From assembly GCF_050920415.1 (NCBI RefSeq), contig NZ_CP169309.1: 64,000 nucleotides of DNA; one strand, given 5' to 3'. A program made the position numbers and the translations under genes. Under the pieces are notes generated by a model that saw nothing but the letters and a program-made list of their open reading frames with translations, did not search any database and was not told the DNA's origin. Every line of letters starts with the position of its first letter. Position 1 is the stretch's first letter. Source of the DNA: Escherichia coli (GTDB lineage Bacteria; Pseudomonadota; Gammaproteobacteria; Enterobacterales; Enterobacteriaceae). This document shows positions 1 to 10,418 of this stretch, one piece after another.

Positions 1-2
1 CC

Positions 3-383
3 CGTTTTCTCGACAGTAAAAAATTCCTTTCATTAATGATGTATATGTTACGTAATTGTGTAAGTGACAGCGTTTATCAAATTATTGAAAGCGATATCCA
101 CAAAGACTGGAATCTTAGTATGGTAGCCAGTTGTTTATGTCTTAGCCCAAGTCTGTTAAAGAAAAAGCTGAAAAGCGAAAACACCAGTTATAGCCAAATA
201 ATCACCACCTGCCGCATGCGTTATGCCGTCAATGAATTAATGATGGACGGTAAAAATATCTCTCAGGTCTCACAATCGTGTGGCTACAACAGTACGTCGT
301 ACTTTATTTCTGTCTTTAAAGACTTCTACGGTATGACGCCTCTGCATTATGTTAGTCAGCACAGAGAACGCACTGTCGCCTGA
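3..383 (+). CDS. adiY: AraC-family regulator AdiY, C-terminal part (5' end lies outside the window)
   Basis: Frame is open from the window edge; translation matches the AdiY C-terminal AraC-type HTH region as recalled; sits immediately upstream of adiC as in E. coli. Confidence 0.8.
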   Translation, partial: RFLDSKKFLSLMMYMLRNCVSDSVYQIIESDIHKDWNLSMVASCLCLSPSLLKKKLKSENTSYSQIITTCRMRYAVNELMMDGKNISQVSQSCGYNSTSYFISVFKDFYGMTPLHYVSQHRERTVA

Positions 384-519
384 TTTTTAACCTTAACGAA
401 GAGCTATATTAATAACGGCATCAGCGATAACCCGGTCGATAATAATTCAACTATCGAATGCAGGCGTATGATATGACGTAATTTATTGTCACGAAGCTCG
501 CCTTCGCAGGAGTTTAATT

Positions 520-1857
520 ATGTCTTCGGATGCTGATGCTCACAAAGTGGGCTTAATCCCCGTCACCCTGATGGTGTCGGGGAATATTATGGGGTCAGGT
601 GTTTTTCTGTTACCTGCAAACCTGGCCTCCACTGGCGGGATTGCCATTTATGGATGGTTGGTGACGATTATCGGTGCGCTGGGGCTCTCGATGGTATACG
701 CCAAAATGTCGTTCCTCGACCCAAGTCCTGGTGGTTCTTACGCTTACGCCCGCCGCTGCTTTGGCCCGTTTCTCGGTTATCAAACCAACGTCCTCTACTG
801 GCTGGCCTGCTGGATCGGCAATATCGCCATGGTGGTCATTGGCGTTGGATATTTAAGTTACTTCTTCCCGATTCTGAAAGATCCACTGGTATTAACCATC
901 ACCTGCGTCGTGGTGCTGTGGATCTTCGTCCTGCTGAACATTGTCGGTCCGAAAATGATCACCCGCGTGCAGGCCGTTGCCACCGTGCTGGCGCTGATCC
1001 CCATCGTCGGGATTGCCGTATTTGGCTGGTTCTGGTTCCGTGGTGAAACCTATATGGCGGCATGGAACGTCAGCGGCCTGGGCACCTTCGGCGCGATTCA
1101 AAGTACCCTTAACGTTACGCTGTGGTCGTTCATCGGTGTGGAAAGTGCCTCCGTTGCCGCAGGTGTGGTGAAAAACCCGAAACGCAACGTCCCTATCGCC
1201 ACCATTGGTGGGGTATTGATTGCCGCCGTTTGCTATGTGCTCTCCACCACCGCGATTATGGGGATGATCCCTAATGCCGCACTGCGCGTTTCTGCCTCGC
1301 CATTCGGTGATGCCGCACGGATGGCGTTGGGTGACACCGCCGGGGCCATTGTTTCCTTCTGCGCAGCTGCGGGTTGCTTAGGTTCACTGGGCGGCTGGAC
1401 GTTGCTGGCGGGTCAAACGGCGAAAGCCGCTGCCGATGACGGACTGTTCCCACCGATTTTTGCCCGTGTAAATAAAGCGGGTACGCCAGTGGCAGGGCTG
1501 ATTATCGTCGGTATTTTGATGACCATCTTCCAGCTCAGTAGCATTTCGCCAAACGCGACTAAAGAGTTCGGTCTGGTTTCTTCCGTGTCGGTCATCTTTA
1601 CACTGGTGCCATATCTTTACACCTGTGCGGCGTTACTGCTGCTCGGCCACGGCCACTTTGGTAAAGCACGCCCTGCATATCTGGCTGTTACTACCATTGC
1701 CTTCCTCTACTGCATCTGGGCCGTAGTAGGGTCCGGCGCGAAAGAGGTTATGTGGTCATTTGTCACCCTGATGGTCATCACCGCCATGTATGCGCTGAAT
1801 TACAACCGGCTGCATAAAAACCCGTATCCCTTAGATGCACCAATAAGCAAAGATTAA
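520..1857 (+). CDS. adiC: Arginine:agmatine antiporter (APC family)
   Basis: 445-aa polytopic membrane protein; N-terminus [27 protein letters not shown] recognised as AdiC; synteny with adiY. Confidence 0.93.
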
Positions 1858-1883
1858 TTCCCCTTAGTCAAGCAAACATAAAA

Positions 1884-1920
1884 GCCAACCTTAAGAACTT
1901 AAGGTTGGCTTAATTTTGCT
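1884..1920 (+). terminator. Intrinsic terminator downstream of adiC
   Basis: Perfect inverted repeat gccaaccttaag / cttaaggttggc followed by a T-rich tract (ttaattttgcttt), about 30 nt after the adiC stop. Confidence 0.5.
1898..1914 (+). promoter_or_regulatory. Candidate BasR (PmrA) box upstream of eptA
   Basis: CTTAAG-GTTGG-CTTAAT direct repeat (hexamer, 5 bp, hexamer) about 50 bp upstream of the eptA start; resembles the PmrA/BasR consensus YTTAAK-N5-YTTAAK. Confidence 0.5.
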
Positions 1921-1960
1921 TTGCGAGCATATGCGCACTTTGTTCGATGGAAACACCGTG

Positions 1961-3604
1961 ATGTTGAAGCGCCTACTAAAAAGACCCTCTTTGAATTTAC
2001 TCGCCTGGCTATTGCTGGCCGCTTTTTATATCGCTATCTGCCTGAATATTGCCTTTTTTAAACAGGTATTGCAGGCGTTGCCGCTGGACTCGCTGCATAA
2101 CGTACTTGTTTTCTTGTCGATGCCGGTCGTCGCTTTCAGCGTGATTAATATTGTCCTGACACTAAGCTCTTTCTTATGGCTTAATCGACCGCTGGCCTGC
2201 CTGTTTATTCTGGTTGGCGCGGCTGCACAATATTTCATAATGACTTACGGCATCGTCATCGACCGCTCGATGATTGCCAATATTATTGATACCACCCCAG
2301 CAGAAAGTTATGCGCTGATGACACCGCAAATGTTATTAACGCTGGGACTCAGCGGCGTACTTGCTGCGCTAATTGCCTGCTGGATTAAAATCAAACCTGC
2401 CACCTCGCATCTGCGCAGTGTTCTTTTCCGTGGTGCCAATATTCTGGTTTCTGTACTGCTGATTTTGCTGGTCGCCGCACTGTTTTATAAAGACTACGCC
2501 TCGTTGTTCCGCAACAACAAAGAGCTGGTGAAGTCCTTAAGCCCCTCTAACAGCATTGTTGCCAGCTGGTCATGGTACTCCCATCAGCGACTAGCAAATC
2601 TGCCACTGGTGCGAATTGGTGAAGACGCGCACCGCAACCCGTTAATGCAGAACGAGAAACGTAAAAATTTGACCATCCTGATTGTCGGCGAAACCTCGCG
2701 GGCGGAGAACTTCTCCCTCAACGGCTACCCGCGTGAAACGAACCCGCGGCTGGCGAAAGATAACGTGGTCTATTTCCCCAATACTGCGTCTTGCGGCACG
2801 GCAACGGCAGTTTCAGTACCGTGCATGTTCTCGGATATGCCGCGTGAGCATTACAAAGAAGAACTGGCACAGCACCAGGAAGGCGTGCTGGATATCATTC
2901 AGCGAGCGGGCATCAACGTGCTGTGGAATGACAACGATGGTGGCTGCAAAGGTGCCTGCGATCGCGTGCCTCACCAGAACGTCACTGCGCTGAACCTGCC
3001 TGGTCAGTGTATCAACGGCGAATGTTATGACGAAGTGCTTTTCCACGGGCTGGAAGAGTACATCACTAACCTGCAAGGTGATGGCGTAATTGTCTTACAC
3101 ACCATCGGCAGTCACGGCCCGACCTATTACAATCGCTATCCGCCACAGTTCAGGAAATTTACCCCTACCTGCGACACCAACGAGATCCAGACCTGTACCC
3201 AAGAGCAACTGGTAAACACTTACGACAATACGCTGGTCTACGTCGACTATATTGTTGATAAAGCAATTAATCTACTGAAAGAACATCAGGATAAATTTAC
3301 CACCAGCCTGGTTTATCTTTCTGACCACGGTGAATCGTTAGGTGAAAATGGCATCTATCTGCACGGTTTGCCTTATGCCATCGCCCCGGATAGCCAAAAA
3401 CAGGTGCCGATGCTGCTGTGGCTGTCTGAGGATTATCAAAAACGGTATCAGGTTGACCAAAGTTGCCTACAGAAACAGGCGCAAACGCAACACTATTCAC
3501 AAGACAATTTATTCTCCACGCTATTGGGATTAACTGGCGTTGAGACGAAGTATTACCAGGCTGCGGATGATATTCTGCAAACTTGCAGGAGAGTGAGTGA
3601 ATGA
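1961..3604 (+). CDS. eptA: Lipid A phosphoethanolamine transferase
   Basis: Track ORF 1916..3604; start placed at the internal ATG giving [14 protein letters not shown] (547 aa), matching EptA/PmrC as recalled; stop overlaps the basR start (ATGA). Confidence 0.88.
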   Translation: MLKRLLKRPSLNLLAWLLLAAFYIAICLNIAFFKQVLQALPLDSLHNVLVFLSMPVVAFSVINIVLTLSSFLWLNRPLACLFILVGAAAQYFIMTYGIVIDRSMIANIIDTTPAESYALMTPQMLLTLGLSGVLAALIACWIKIKPATSHLRSVLFRGANILVSVLLILLVAALFYKDYASLFRNNKELVKSLSPSNSIVASWSWYSHQRLANLPLVRIGEDAHRNPLMQNEKRKNLTILIVGETSRAENFSLNGYPRETNPRLAKDNVVYFPNTASCGTATAVSVPCMFSDMPREHYKEELAQHQEGVLDIIQRAGINVLWNDNDGGCKGACDRVPHQNVTALNLPGQCINGECYDEVLFHGLEEYITNLQGDGVIVLHTIGSHGPTYYNRYPPQFRKFTPTCDTNEIQTCTQEQLVNTYDNTLVYVDYIVDKAINLLKEHQDKFTTSLVYLSDHGESLGENGIYLHGLPYAIAPDSQKQVPMLLWLSEDYQKRYQVDQSCLQKQAQTQHYSQDNLFSTLLGLTGVETKYYQAADDILQTCRRVSE

Positions 3605-4269
3605 AAATTCTGATTGTTGAAGACGATACGCTGTTATTGCAGGGATTGATTCTGGCGGCGCAAACCGAAGGCTACGCGTGCGATGGCGTGACAACCGCGC
3701 GGATGGCGGAACAAAGCCTTGAGGCAGGTCATTACAGCCTGGTGGTACTGGATTTAGGGTTACCCGACGAAGATGGGCTGCATTTTCTCGCCCGAATCCG
3801 GCAGAAAAAATACACCCTGCCGGTACTGATCCTCACCGCTCGCGATACGCTGACTGACAAAATCGCCGGACTGGATGTCGGGGCTGACGATTATCTGGTG
3901 AAGCCTTTTGCGCTGGAAGAGTTACACGCCCGTATCCGCGCCCTGCTACGACGCCATAATAATCAGGGCGAAAGTGAGTTGATTGTTGGCAATCTGACGC
4001 TGAATATGGGTCGCCGTCAGGTATGGATGGACGGTGAAGAGTTGATTCTGACGCCCAAAGAATATGCTCTGCTATCACGGTTAATGCTTAAAGCAGGTAG
4101 TCCGGTGCATCGGGAAATTCTCTACAACGACATCTATAACTGGGACAATGAACCCTCGACCAACACCCTGGAAGTGCATATCCACAATCTGCGCGACAAA
4201 GTGGGCAAAGCCCGTATCCGCACCGTGCGCGGCTTTGGCTATATGCTGGTCGCGAATGAGGAAAACTAA
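3601..4269 (+). CDS. basR: Two-component response regulator BasR (PmrA), OmpR family
   Basis: 222 aa; N-terminal receiver domain ([29 protein letters not shown]) and C-terminal winged helix; operon with eptA and basS. Confidence 0.93.
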   Translation: MKILIVEDDTLLLQGLILAAQTEGYACDGVTTARMAEQSLEAGHYSLVVLDLGLPDEDGLHFLARIRQKKYTLPVLILTARDTLTDKIAGLDVGADDYLVKPFALEELHARIRALLRRHNNQGESELIVGNLTLNMGRRQVWMDGEELILTPKEYALLSRLMLKAGSPVHREILYNDIYNWDNEPSTNTLEVHIHNLRDKVGKARIRTVRGFGYMLVANEEN

Positions 4270-4278
4270 TTGAATCTG

Positions 4279-5370
4279 ATGCGTTTTCTGCGCCGACCAA
4301 TATCGCTGCGCCAACGGCTGATATTGACCATTGGGGCCATTTTGTTGGTGTTTGAGTTGATCAGCGTCTTCTGGCTATGGCATGAAAGTACCGAGCAGAT
4401 TCAGCTGTTTGAGCAGGCGCTACGCGACAATCGTAACAACGATCGCCACATCATGCGTGAGATCCGCGAGGCGGTCGCCAGCCTGATTGTCCCTGGCGTC
4501 TTTATGGTCAGCCTGACGCTATTTATCTGCTATCAGGCGGTACGCCGCATCACCCGCCCGCTGGCGGAGCTGCAAAAAGAGCTGGAAGCGCGCACCGCCG
4601 ACAACTTAACGCCCATTGCCATTCACAGCGCCACCCTCGAAATCGAAGCGGTGGTTTCAGCGTTAAACGATCTGGTCAGTCGCCTGACCAACACGCTGGA
4701 TAACGAAAGGTTGTTTACCGCTGACGTCGCGCACGAACTGCGAACGCCACTGGCGGGGGTGCGTTTGCATCTGGAACTGCTGGCGAAAACGCATCACATT
4801 GATGTAGCACCGTTAGTGGCACGACTTGATCAGATGATGGAGAGTGTCTCCCAGCTACTGCAACTGGCGCGTGCCGGACAGTCATTTTCTTCCGGTAATT
4901 ATCAACATGTAAAACTGCTGGAAGATGTCATTCTCCCCTCGTATGACGAACTCAGTACCATGCTCGACCAGCGCCAGCAAACCCTGCTATTGCCAGAGAG
5001 CGCCGCCGACATCATCGTTCAGGGTGATGCAACCCTGCTGCGGATGTTATTGCGAAACCTGGTAGAAAATGCCCATCGTTACAGCCCGCAAGGCAGCAAC
5101 ATTATGATTAAGCTGCAAGACGATGGCGGAGCGGTCATGGCCGTTGAAGATGAAGGACCGGGTATTGATGAGAGTAAATGCGGGGAGTTGAGTAAAGCGT
5201 TTGTACGAATGGACAGCCGTTATGGCGGGATTGGTCTGGGGTTAAGTATTGTCAGCCGCATTACACAGTTGCATCACGGGCAGTTTTTCCTGCAAAACCG
5301 GCAAGAGACTTCCGGCACGCGGGCCTGGGTACGGCTGAAGAAAGATCAGTACGTGGCAAACCAGATATAA
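4279..5370 (+). CDS. basS: Sensor histidine kinase BasS (PmrB)
   Basis: 363 aa from the first ATG (track ORF begins at an upstream TTG); H-box ADVAHELRTPLAG and ATPase motifs; follows basR. Confidence 0.9.
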   Translation: MRFLRRPISLRQRLILTIGAILLVFELISVFWLWHESTEQIQLFEQALRDNRNNDRHIMREIREAVASLIVPGVFMVSLTLFICYQAVRRITRPLAELQKELEARTADNLTPIAIHSATLEIEAVVSALNDLVSRLTNTLDNERLFTADVAHELRTPLAGVRLHLELLAKTHHIDVAPLVARLDQMMESVSQLLQLARAGQSFSSGNYQHVKLLEDVILPSYDELSTMLDQRQQTLLLPESAADIIVQGDATLLRMLLRNLVENAHRYSPQGSNIMIKLQDDGGAVMAVEDEGPGIDESKCGELSKAFVRMDSRYGGIGLGLSIVSRITQLHHGQFFLQNRQETSGTRAWVRLKKDQYVANQI

Positions 5371-5435
5371 AGAAAGCTGCTGACCACCAGCACGCTGAAC
5401 ACGGTAGTTAAACTTTCATAAACACGGTTTTTCAT
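5346..5435 (-). CDS. pmrR: Small membrane protein PmrR (29 aa), convergent with and overlapping the 3' end of basS
   Basis: Minus-strand ORF atgaaaaaccgtgtttatgaaagtttaactaccgtg...tggtttgccacgtactga translates to MKNRVYESLTTVFSVLVVSSFLYIWFATY; below the 60-aa cutoff of the ORF track; its 3' end overlaps the last codons of basS. Confidence 0.75.
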   Translation of the reverse strand: MKNRVYESLTTVFSVLVVSSFLYIWFATY

Positions 5436-5439
5436 TGCA

Positions 5440-5465
5440 CTCTCCTCCGTTAACCTGGAGGAGAG
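5440..5465. terminator. Hairpin between basS/pmrR and proP (possible terminator for the eptA-basRS transcript)
   Basis: Inverted repeat ctctcctcc-N8-ggaggagag; no strong T-tract follows, so the function is uncertain. Confidence 0.3.
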
Positions 5466-5479
5466 TATGCGTGTCAGAG

Positions 5480-5496
5480 ATTAAGTGAACCTTAAG
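5480..5496 (-). promoter_or_regulatory. Candidate BasR (PmrA) box for pmrR
   Basis: Minus-strand reading CTTAAG-GTTCA-CTTAAT, about 45-60 nt upstream of the pmrR start codon. Confidence 0.5.
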
Positions 5497-5548
5497 AGTC
5501 AATTGTTGGCCTGATGAGACAGCATCCCATCAGGCAATTCGTTTCAGC

Positions 5549-7051
5549 TTACTCATCAATTCGCGGATGCTGCTGCACCAGGCGGGTACGTTTCTCCTGC
5601 AAATCGGCAATCTCGTGGTCAATATCATCGATTTTTTGCTCGATATTATCGTAATGCTCGACGAGAATTTCCTTCGCTTCCTGTATATCTGACGCCGCCG
5701 GTGTCGCACCTTTCAACGGACGATTCGCCGTCTCTTTCATGGTTACGCCGGTGATTAAACCAACCACCGCCACTACCATCAGGTAATAGGCAGGCATCAT
5801 CAGATTCTGCGAGCTTTCGACCAGCCAGGCCGCCAACGTTGGCGTCAGACCGGCAACCAGCACCGAAATATTAAATGCCGCCGCCAGCGCGCTGTAACGG
5901 ATATGCGTCGGGAACATCGCTGGCAAGGTAGAAGCCATAACGCCCGTAAAGCAGTTAAGGATCACCGCCAGCATCAGTAACCCGGCAAAAATCAGGCCGA
6001 TGACGTTACTGTTAATCAGAATAAACGCCGGGATCGCCAACACAAACAGTGCAACACTACCAAGTAGCACAAACGGACGACGGCCAAAACGGTCACTCAG
6101 CAAGCCCATCACCGGCTGGACAAACAGCATACCGATCATAATGGCGATAATAATCAGCACCCCGTGGTCTTCGGAGTAATGCAGGTTATGCGACAAATAA
6201 CTCGGCATATAGGTCAGCAACATGTAGTAAGTCACGTTGGTGGCAATTACCAGACCAATACATGTCAACAGGCTGCGCCAGTATTTAGTGGCAATCTCTT
6301 TAAACGAGACTTTCGGGCCATCCTGCAAACCTTCGCGGTCGCCCTGTTCCAGTTTATCAACATGCTGCTGGAACGCCGGAGTTTCTTCCAGCGCATGGCG
6401 CAGGTAAAGCCCGATAATCCCTAACGGCAGAGCAATAAAGAACGGAATACGCCAGCCCCAGTCGAGGAAGTTCGCTTCGCCGACAATGGTCGAAATTAAC
6501 ACCACCACGCCCGCACCCAGCACAAACCCGGCAATAGAACCGAAGTCCAGCCAGCTGCCCATAAAGCCACGTTTACGGTCAGGGGAGTATTCCGCAACAA
6601 ATATCGACGCCCCGGTATATTCACCGCCGACCGAGAAACCTTGTGCCATCTTACAGATCAACAGCAGAATCGGTGCCCAAATACCAATCGTGTCGTAGGA
6701 CGGTATTAAGCCAATACAGAACGTACTGATCGACATAATCACAATAGTGATAGCGAGGATCTTCTGGCGACCATATTTATCGCCCAACATACCAAAGAAG
6801 AGTCCGCCAAGCGGTCGAATCAGAAAGGGAACGGAGAAAGTGGCAAGTGCAGCAACCATCTGCACGCTGGGGTCAGCCCCCGGGAAAAAAACTTTACCTA
6901 ATGCGTAAGCAACAAAACCATAAACACCAAAATCGAACCATTCCATTGCATTACCCAGTGATGCTGCGGTAATGGCTTTACGCAGTTTACCGTCATCAAT
7001 AATAGTGACATCACGAAGGGTAATCGGTTTTACTTTTTTCCTTTTCAGCAT
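5549..7051 (-). CDS. proP: Proline/glycine betaine:H+ symporter ProP (MFS osmosensor)
   Basis: Track ORF 5549..7084; start placed at MLKRKKVKPITLRD (500 aa); C-terminal coiled-coil tail (DIQEAKEILVEHYDNIEQKIDDIDHEIADLQEKRTRL) typical of ProP. Confidence 0.92.
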   Translation of the reverse strand: MLKRKKVKPITLRDVTIIDDGKLRKAITAASLGNAMEWFDFGVYGFVAYALGKVFFPGADPSVQMVAALATFSVPFLIRPLGGLFFGMLGDKYGRQKILAITIVIMSISTFCIGLIPSYDTIGIWAPILLLICKMAQGFSVGGEYTGASIFVAEYSPDRKRGFMGSWLDFGSIAGFVLGAGVVVLISTIVGEANFLDWGWRIPFFIALPLGIIGLYLRHALEETPAFQQHVDKLEQGDREGLQDGPKVSFKEIATKYWRSLLTCIGLVIATNVTYYMLLTYMPSYLSHNLHYSEDHGVLIIIAIMIGMLFVQPVMGLLSDRFGRRPFVLLGSVALFVLAIPAFILINSNVIGLIFAGLLMLAVILNCFTGVMASTLPAMFPTHIRYSALAAAFNISVLVAGLTPTLAAWLVESSQNLMMPAYYLMVVAVVGLITGVTMKETANRPLKGATPAASDIQEAKEILVEHYDNIEQKIDDIDHEIADLQEKRTRLVQQHPRIDE

Positions 7052-7314
7052 AGCTTTCCTCGCAGAGTTGGCCCATTTCCGCAAACGCCAGAAAAATCAG
7101 CGCGACGGCCGCAAAAGGGGAGCGGGAATTGCAGGATGCAATCTCTGTAACAAGCGTAGCGGGTTTGCTTACACCCTCCGGTTAAGGAATGTACAATCAA
7201 ACCAGTTGACGCCTGAATTGGGCAGTTAATGACCTTTTTACCCTACCAGTGTTTAAATTTGTGATCAACTTCACACATGGATTTCGTTTAGGACTCATTG
7301 ATGTAACTGATTAT

Positions 7315-8193
7315 TTACGCCAAATTTACAGAGAAGATTTCCTCGACCATTGCCCCCACCAAACGCTGCGCTGAACAGAGTCGTGGCATCCCCAGCGCGA
7401 CAGTTTGCCAGCGTTGGGTCACTGACCAGCAAACGGGTTGTTTATCTGCCGTGGACCACTTTCCCAGCCAACTTAAAAAATCAGCATGATCCCCACCCGT
7501 CGGGGCGGTTGAAGAGGTAAACCACTGATGGTAATAGTGACGCGTGGTCGTTGCCGCATTAATACTCTCTGCCAGATGTTGTGTCGCTTTCTCGCGCAAA
7601 TCACCCAGCAACAACGCCACCGCTTGCGGGCTTCCTAGACGGCAGGCATCGCCAAATGCCCCCCAGCGCAGTTCCTCCAGAACGATAAAACAGCGCCCAG
7701 GCAACGACCAGGCGTTATACGCACCAGCACGCCAGCGGGTAAAAATTTGCTCACTCTGATCACCGGCCTGTACCAGTAATCCTCGTTGCGTTAACGCCTT
7801 TTCCTTCCAGCGACAACGGGCTGAAAACAACTCATACAAGGCGGCAATTTGCTGGGGGAGCTCCGGGAAAGCAGAGTGCTGGCGGTGATCCATTTTTTGC
7901 AGCAGCGCCAGATGCTGCGCGATCTGCGTCAGCGCCAGATGACCGGGATCCAGCATCGACGCCAGTTTTTCCACCAATGTCAGACGCAGGCTAAGCGGCG
8001 CATTTAACATGCCGCCGTTCGTCCATGCCTGAAGCTGCACGCGCGCAAGAAGTTCCTGCATCAGTCGTTCACGAAACTGCTGCTGATGGGCTTGTGGATG
8101 GCGGGCATCATCGCCCTGCGCCAGATCCACTAAAAAGCGGGAATGAATCGACTCCAGCACGCGACCGGGGCCGTCCAGTAACGTCTTGGTCAA
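7315..8193 (-). CDS. yjcZ: Uncharacterised protein YjcZ, translationally coupled to crfC
   Basis: 292 aa; start overlaps the crfC stop by 4 nt (ATGA); recognised as E. coli YjcZ. Confidence 0.8.
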   Translation of the reverse strand: MTKTLLDGPGRVLESIHSRFLVDLAQGDDARHPQAHQQQFRERLMQELLARVQLQAWTNGGMLNAPLSLRLTLVEKLASMLDPGHLALTQIAQHLALLQKMDHRQHSAFPELPQQIAALYELFSARCRWKEKALTQRGLLVQAGDQSEQIFTRWRAGAYNAWSLPGRCFIVLEELRWGAFGDACRLGSPQAVALLLGDLREKATQHLAESINAATTTRHYYHQWFTSSTAPTGGDHADFLSWLGKWSTADKQPVCWSVTQRWQTVALGMPRLCSAQRLVGAMVEEIFSVNLA

Positions 8194-10418
8194 TATCGTT
8201 CTGCCGTGAAAAGTGTTTGAATATCATCGCGTAACAGCTGAGCGTCGGTGTAAATCCAGCCATGAGTCATCACAGTCTGCTGCAATTGCTGCTGCATCAG
8301 CCTGACCACCGATTCATTTTGTTGACGCAGAGCCAGACTTTCGCATAAACGCGTCTGTAATTCCGTCAAACATGAAGCGAACTCAGCGAAAAAAGTATTC
8401 ATGCCTGCCGTAACAGATTCATCGACCTGCTCTGCCAGAACTTTAGCCATTTGTTGGCAATAAAGATCGACTTCTGCGCTTAATGCTCGTTGCAACGCAC
8501 TGTAATCAACCGTCTCTATCGGGGATTTCTCATTTCCCCGTCCCCAGTCGGGCTGATTCAACCAGCGCGAAAAAGTCTCACGCACAACGCCTAAACGCGT
8601 GCTCTGCTCGTCCATTGCGTCCTGGCGCGAAATGACTTCACTGAACAGCTGGCGAGTGTTGAAGTGGGGAACTGCGCCGTGAAAAACAGGAAAATGAAAC
8701 CCAGGACGAAACCCTGACTCGCTCAATTCCATTTTGACTTGTTGCTCAATGGGCCGAATAACATCGGTTAACACCCGGCAAAGAGTGGATTCAAGCTCGG
8801 CAAAACGCAGCGTAAAGTCGCGACTGATGGTGTTCTGCGCCGTCTGTAACAGTGTCTCACAGCAGGTACGAATCTCGCTTAATGACCCCGAATCATCCTG
8901 AAACAACGCGGCTAACTGGGCATTCACCGCATCTTGCTGTTGACGCAGAAAGAGGTTGGCGGAGGTCAGGGCCAGCTCGATTTCATGTTTAATCTCGCCG
9001 CTCACCTGAGCCTGATTGAGTTGAAATAGCTGCAAACTTTCTTCGATCTGGTGGATATTTTGCCGCAATTGTTCACAAGCGACGTTTAACCCGTGCGCAC
9101 GAAAATCCAGGTATTCCCGCGCCTGCTGCGCGTAATTCAACAGTTTATGCGCGGCAGATCGCAGAGCATACAACGAGGCGTTAGCGTAAGCGGCATGAAG
9201 CAACGCCTGAATTGGCTGGGCGAACAGCGAATCTTCCCACAACTGATCGGCAGCATGACGAATATGTTCGAGGTCCGCCAGGTCGGCATGACGCCAGCGC
9301 CTGCCGAGCGCGGCATGGGCAAAATCTTCCACCCAGCGTTGTTGCTCTGGCGCGGGTAACTTACCGTTGTTGGCTAACTCATTACGCGCCCGATTCGCCA
9401 GGTAGCCCCACATCGACGACACTGGAAATATCTGCTGTGGCGTAATACAGCCTTTCATCAGCGTCCCGGAAATCAGTGCCCGCACCTGGTCGGCGTCGTC
9501 ACTGTTACGATCCTGTTGATCGAACTTATTGACCAGCACATACAGCGGCACCGATTGCCCCACCGCCAAAATCGCCTCACGGACCTCTTCATCGGAGATC
9601 GATTTCAGTTGCGTATAATCCAGCACCGCCAGTACCGCCGAGGCGCGAGCCAGCTGCTGGTTAAGCATTTTTTGCAGATGCGGTTGCCCGGCTTCATTTG
9701 GCCCAGGGGTATCCAGTAACGTCAACTGACCGGGATAACTCTCCAGCCCCGCCAGATGGACAAACTCCACTTCAATCACGGGAATATGCTCAATGGCGGC
9801 GTAAGCAGAAAAAGGAAAATCGACGTCCAGCGCCTTCGCCAGTCGCACCAAATCATTCAAACTTTTCAGACAATGAAAAATAGGCTGGGCACCCAGATAA
9901 TATTTTTCGAAAGCGACGCCATTTTCGATCCGCTGCATAAGCGCACGCATATCTTTATCTATTTCCAGCACATCGGTCAGATGCTTAATATCGCAGTCAC
10001 GCAGGCGCTGTTGTAATTGTTGAATTAAACAGTCGATTGGCGCGACATGTGAAAAATGCAGTACCGGTTCTTTTTGCCCGGGCGTATGGCGAATAAGCGT
10101 CGGCAGCGCAGTCATTGGGCGATTGCGATTAGGCAGAACCTCCGTACCAACAATGGCATTAATGGTGGTTGATTTCCCTGCTTTCATAGTACCGACAATT
10201 GCCAGCACCATTTCCAGTCGGGAAATTTTACGCAACTCATTATTCAGCATCGCGTGACGTTCGGCGATATTAGGCTGACTCCAGGGTAAAGCCAGTTGTG
10301 GCGCATCGTCTCCGGGTACAGAGAGAGGCATTTTTTCTAGTAACTGCAACTGTTGGCGAGAAAGCTGTAACAGGCGTTCAGCCTCCTGACTTAACTCATA
10401 CAGGGTCTGTGTGTACAT
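8190..10418 (-). CDS. crfC: Bacterial dynamin-like GTPase CrfC (YjdA)
   Basis: 742 aa; P-loop GTMKAGKSTTINAIVG near the N-terminus, then a long helical, Q/L-rich stalk region. Confidence 0.88.
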   Translation of the reverse strand: MYTQTLYELSQEAERLLQLSRQQLQLLEKMPLSVPGDDAPQLALPWSQPNIAERHAMLNNELRKISRLEMVLAIVGTMKAGKSTTINAIVGTEVLPNRNRPMTALPTLIRHTPGQKEPVLHFSHVAPIDCLIQQLQQRLRDCDIKHLTDVLEIDKDMRALMQRIENGVAFEKYYLGAQPIFHCLKSLNDLVRLAKALDVDFPFSAYAAIEHIPVIEVEFVHLAGLESYPGQLTLLDTPGPNEAGQPHLQKMLNQQLARASAVLAVLDYTQLKSISDEEVREAILAVGQSVPLYVLVNKFDQQDRNSDDADQVRALISGTLMKGCITPQQIFPVSSMWGYLANRARNELANNGKLPAPEQQRWVEDFAHAALGRRWRHADLADLEHIRHAADQLWEDSLFAQPIQALLHAAYANASLYALRSAAHKLLNYAQQAREYLDFRAHGLNVACEQLRQNIHQIEESLQLFQLNQAQVSGEIKHEIELALTSANLFLRQQQDAVNAQLAALFQDDSGSLSEIRTCCETLLQTAQNTISRDFTLRFAELESTLCRVLTDVIRPIEQQVKMELSESGFRPGFHFPVFHGAVPHFNTRQLFSEVISRQDAMDEQSTRLGVVRETFSRWLNQPDWGRGNEKSPIETVDYSALQRALSAEVDLYCQQMAKVLAEQVDESVTAGMNTFFAEFASCLTELQTRLCESLALRQQNESVVRLMQQQLQQTVMTHGWIYTDAQLLRDDIQTLFTAERY

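Noticed and set aside
5508-5535. Hairpin ggcctgatg...catcaggc just downstream of proP as a proP terminator
   Set aside because: REP-like sequence but no T-tract on the proP strand; left unannotated as a terminator.
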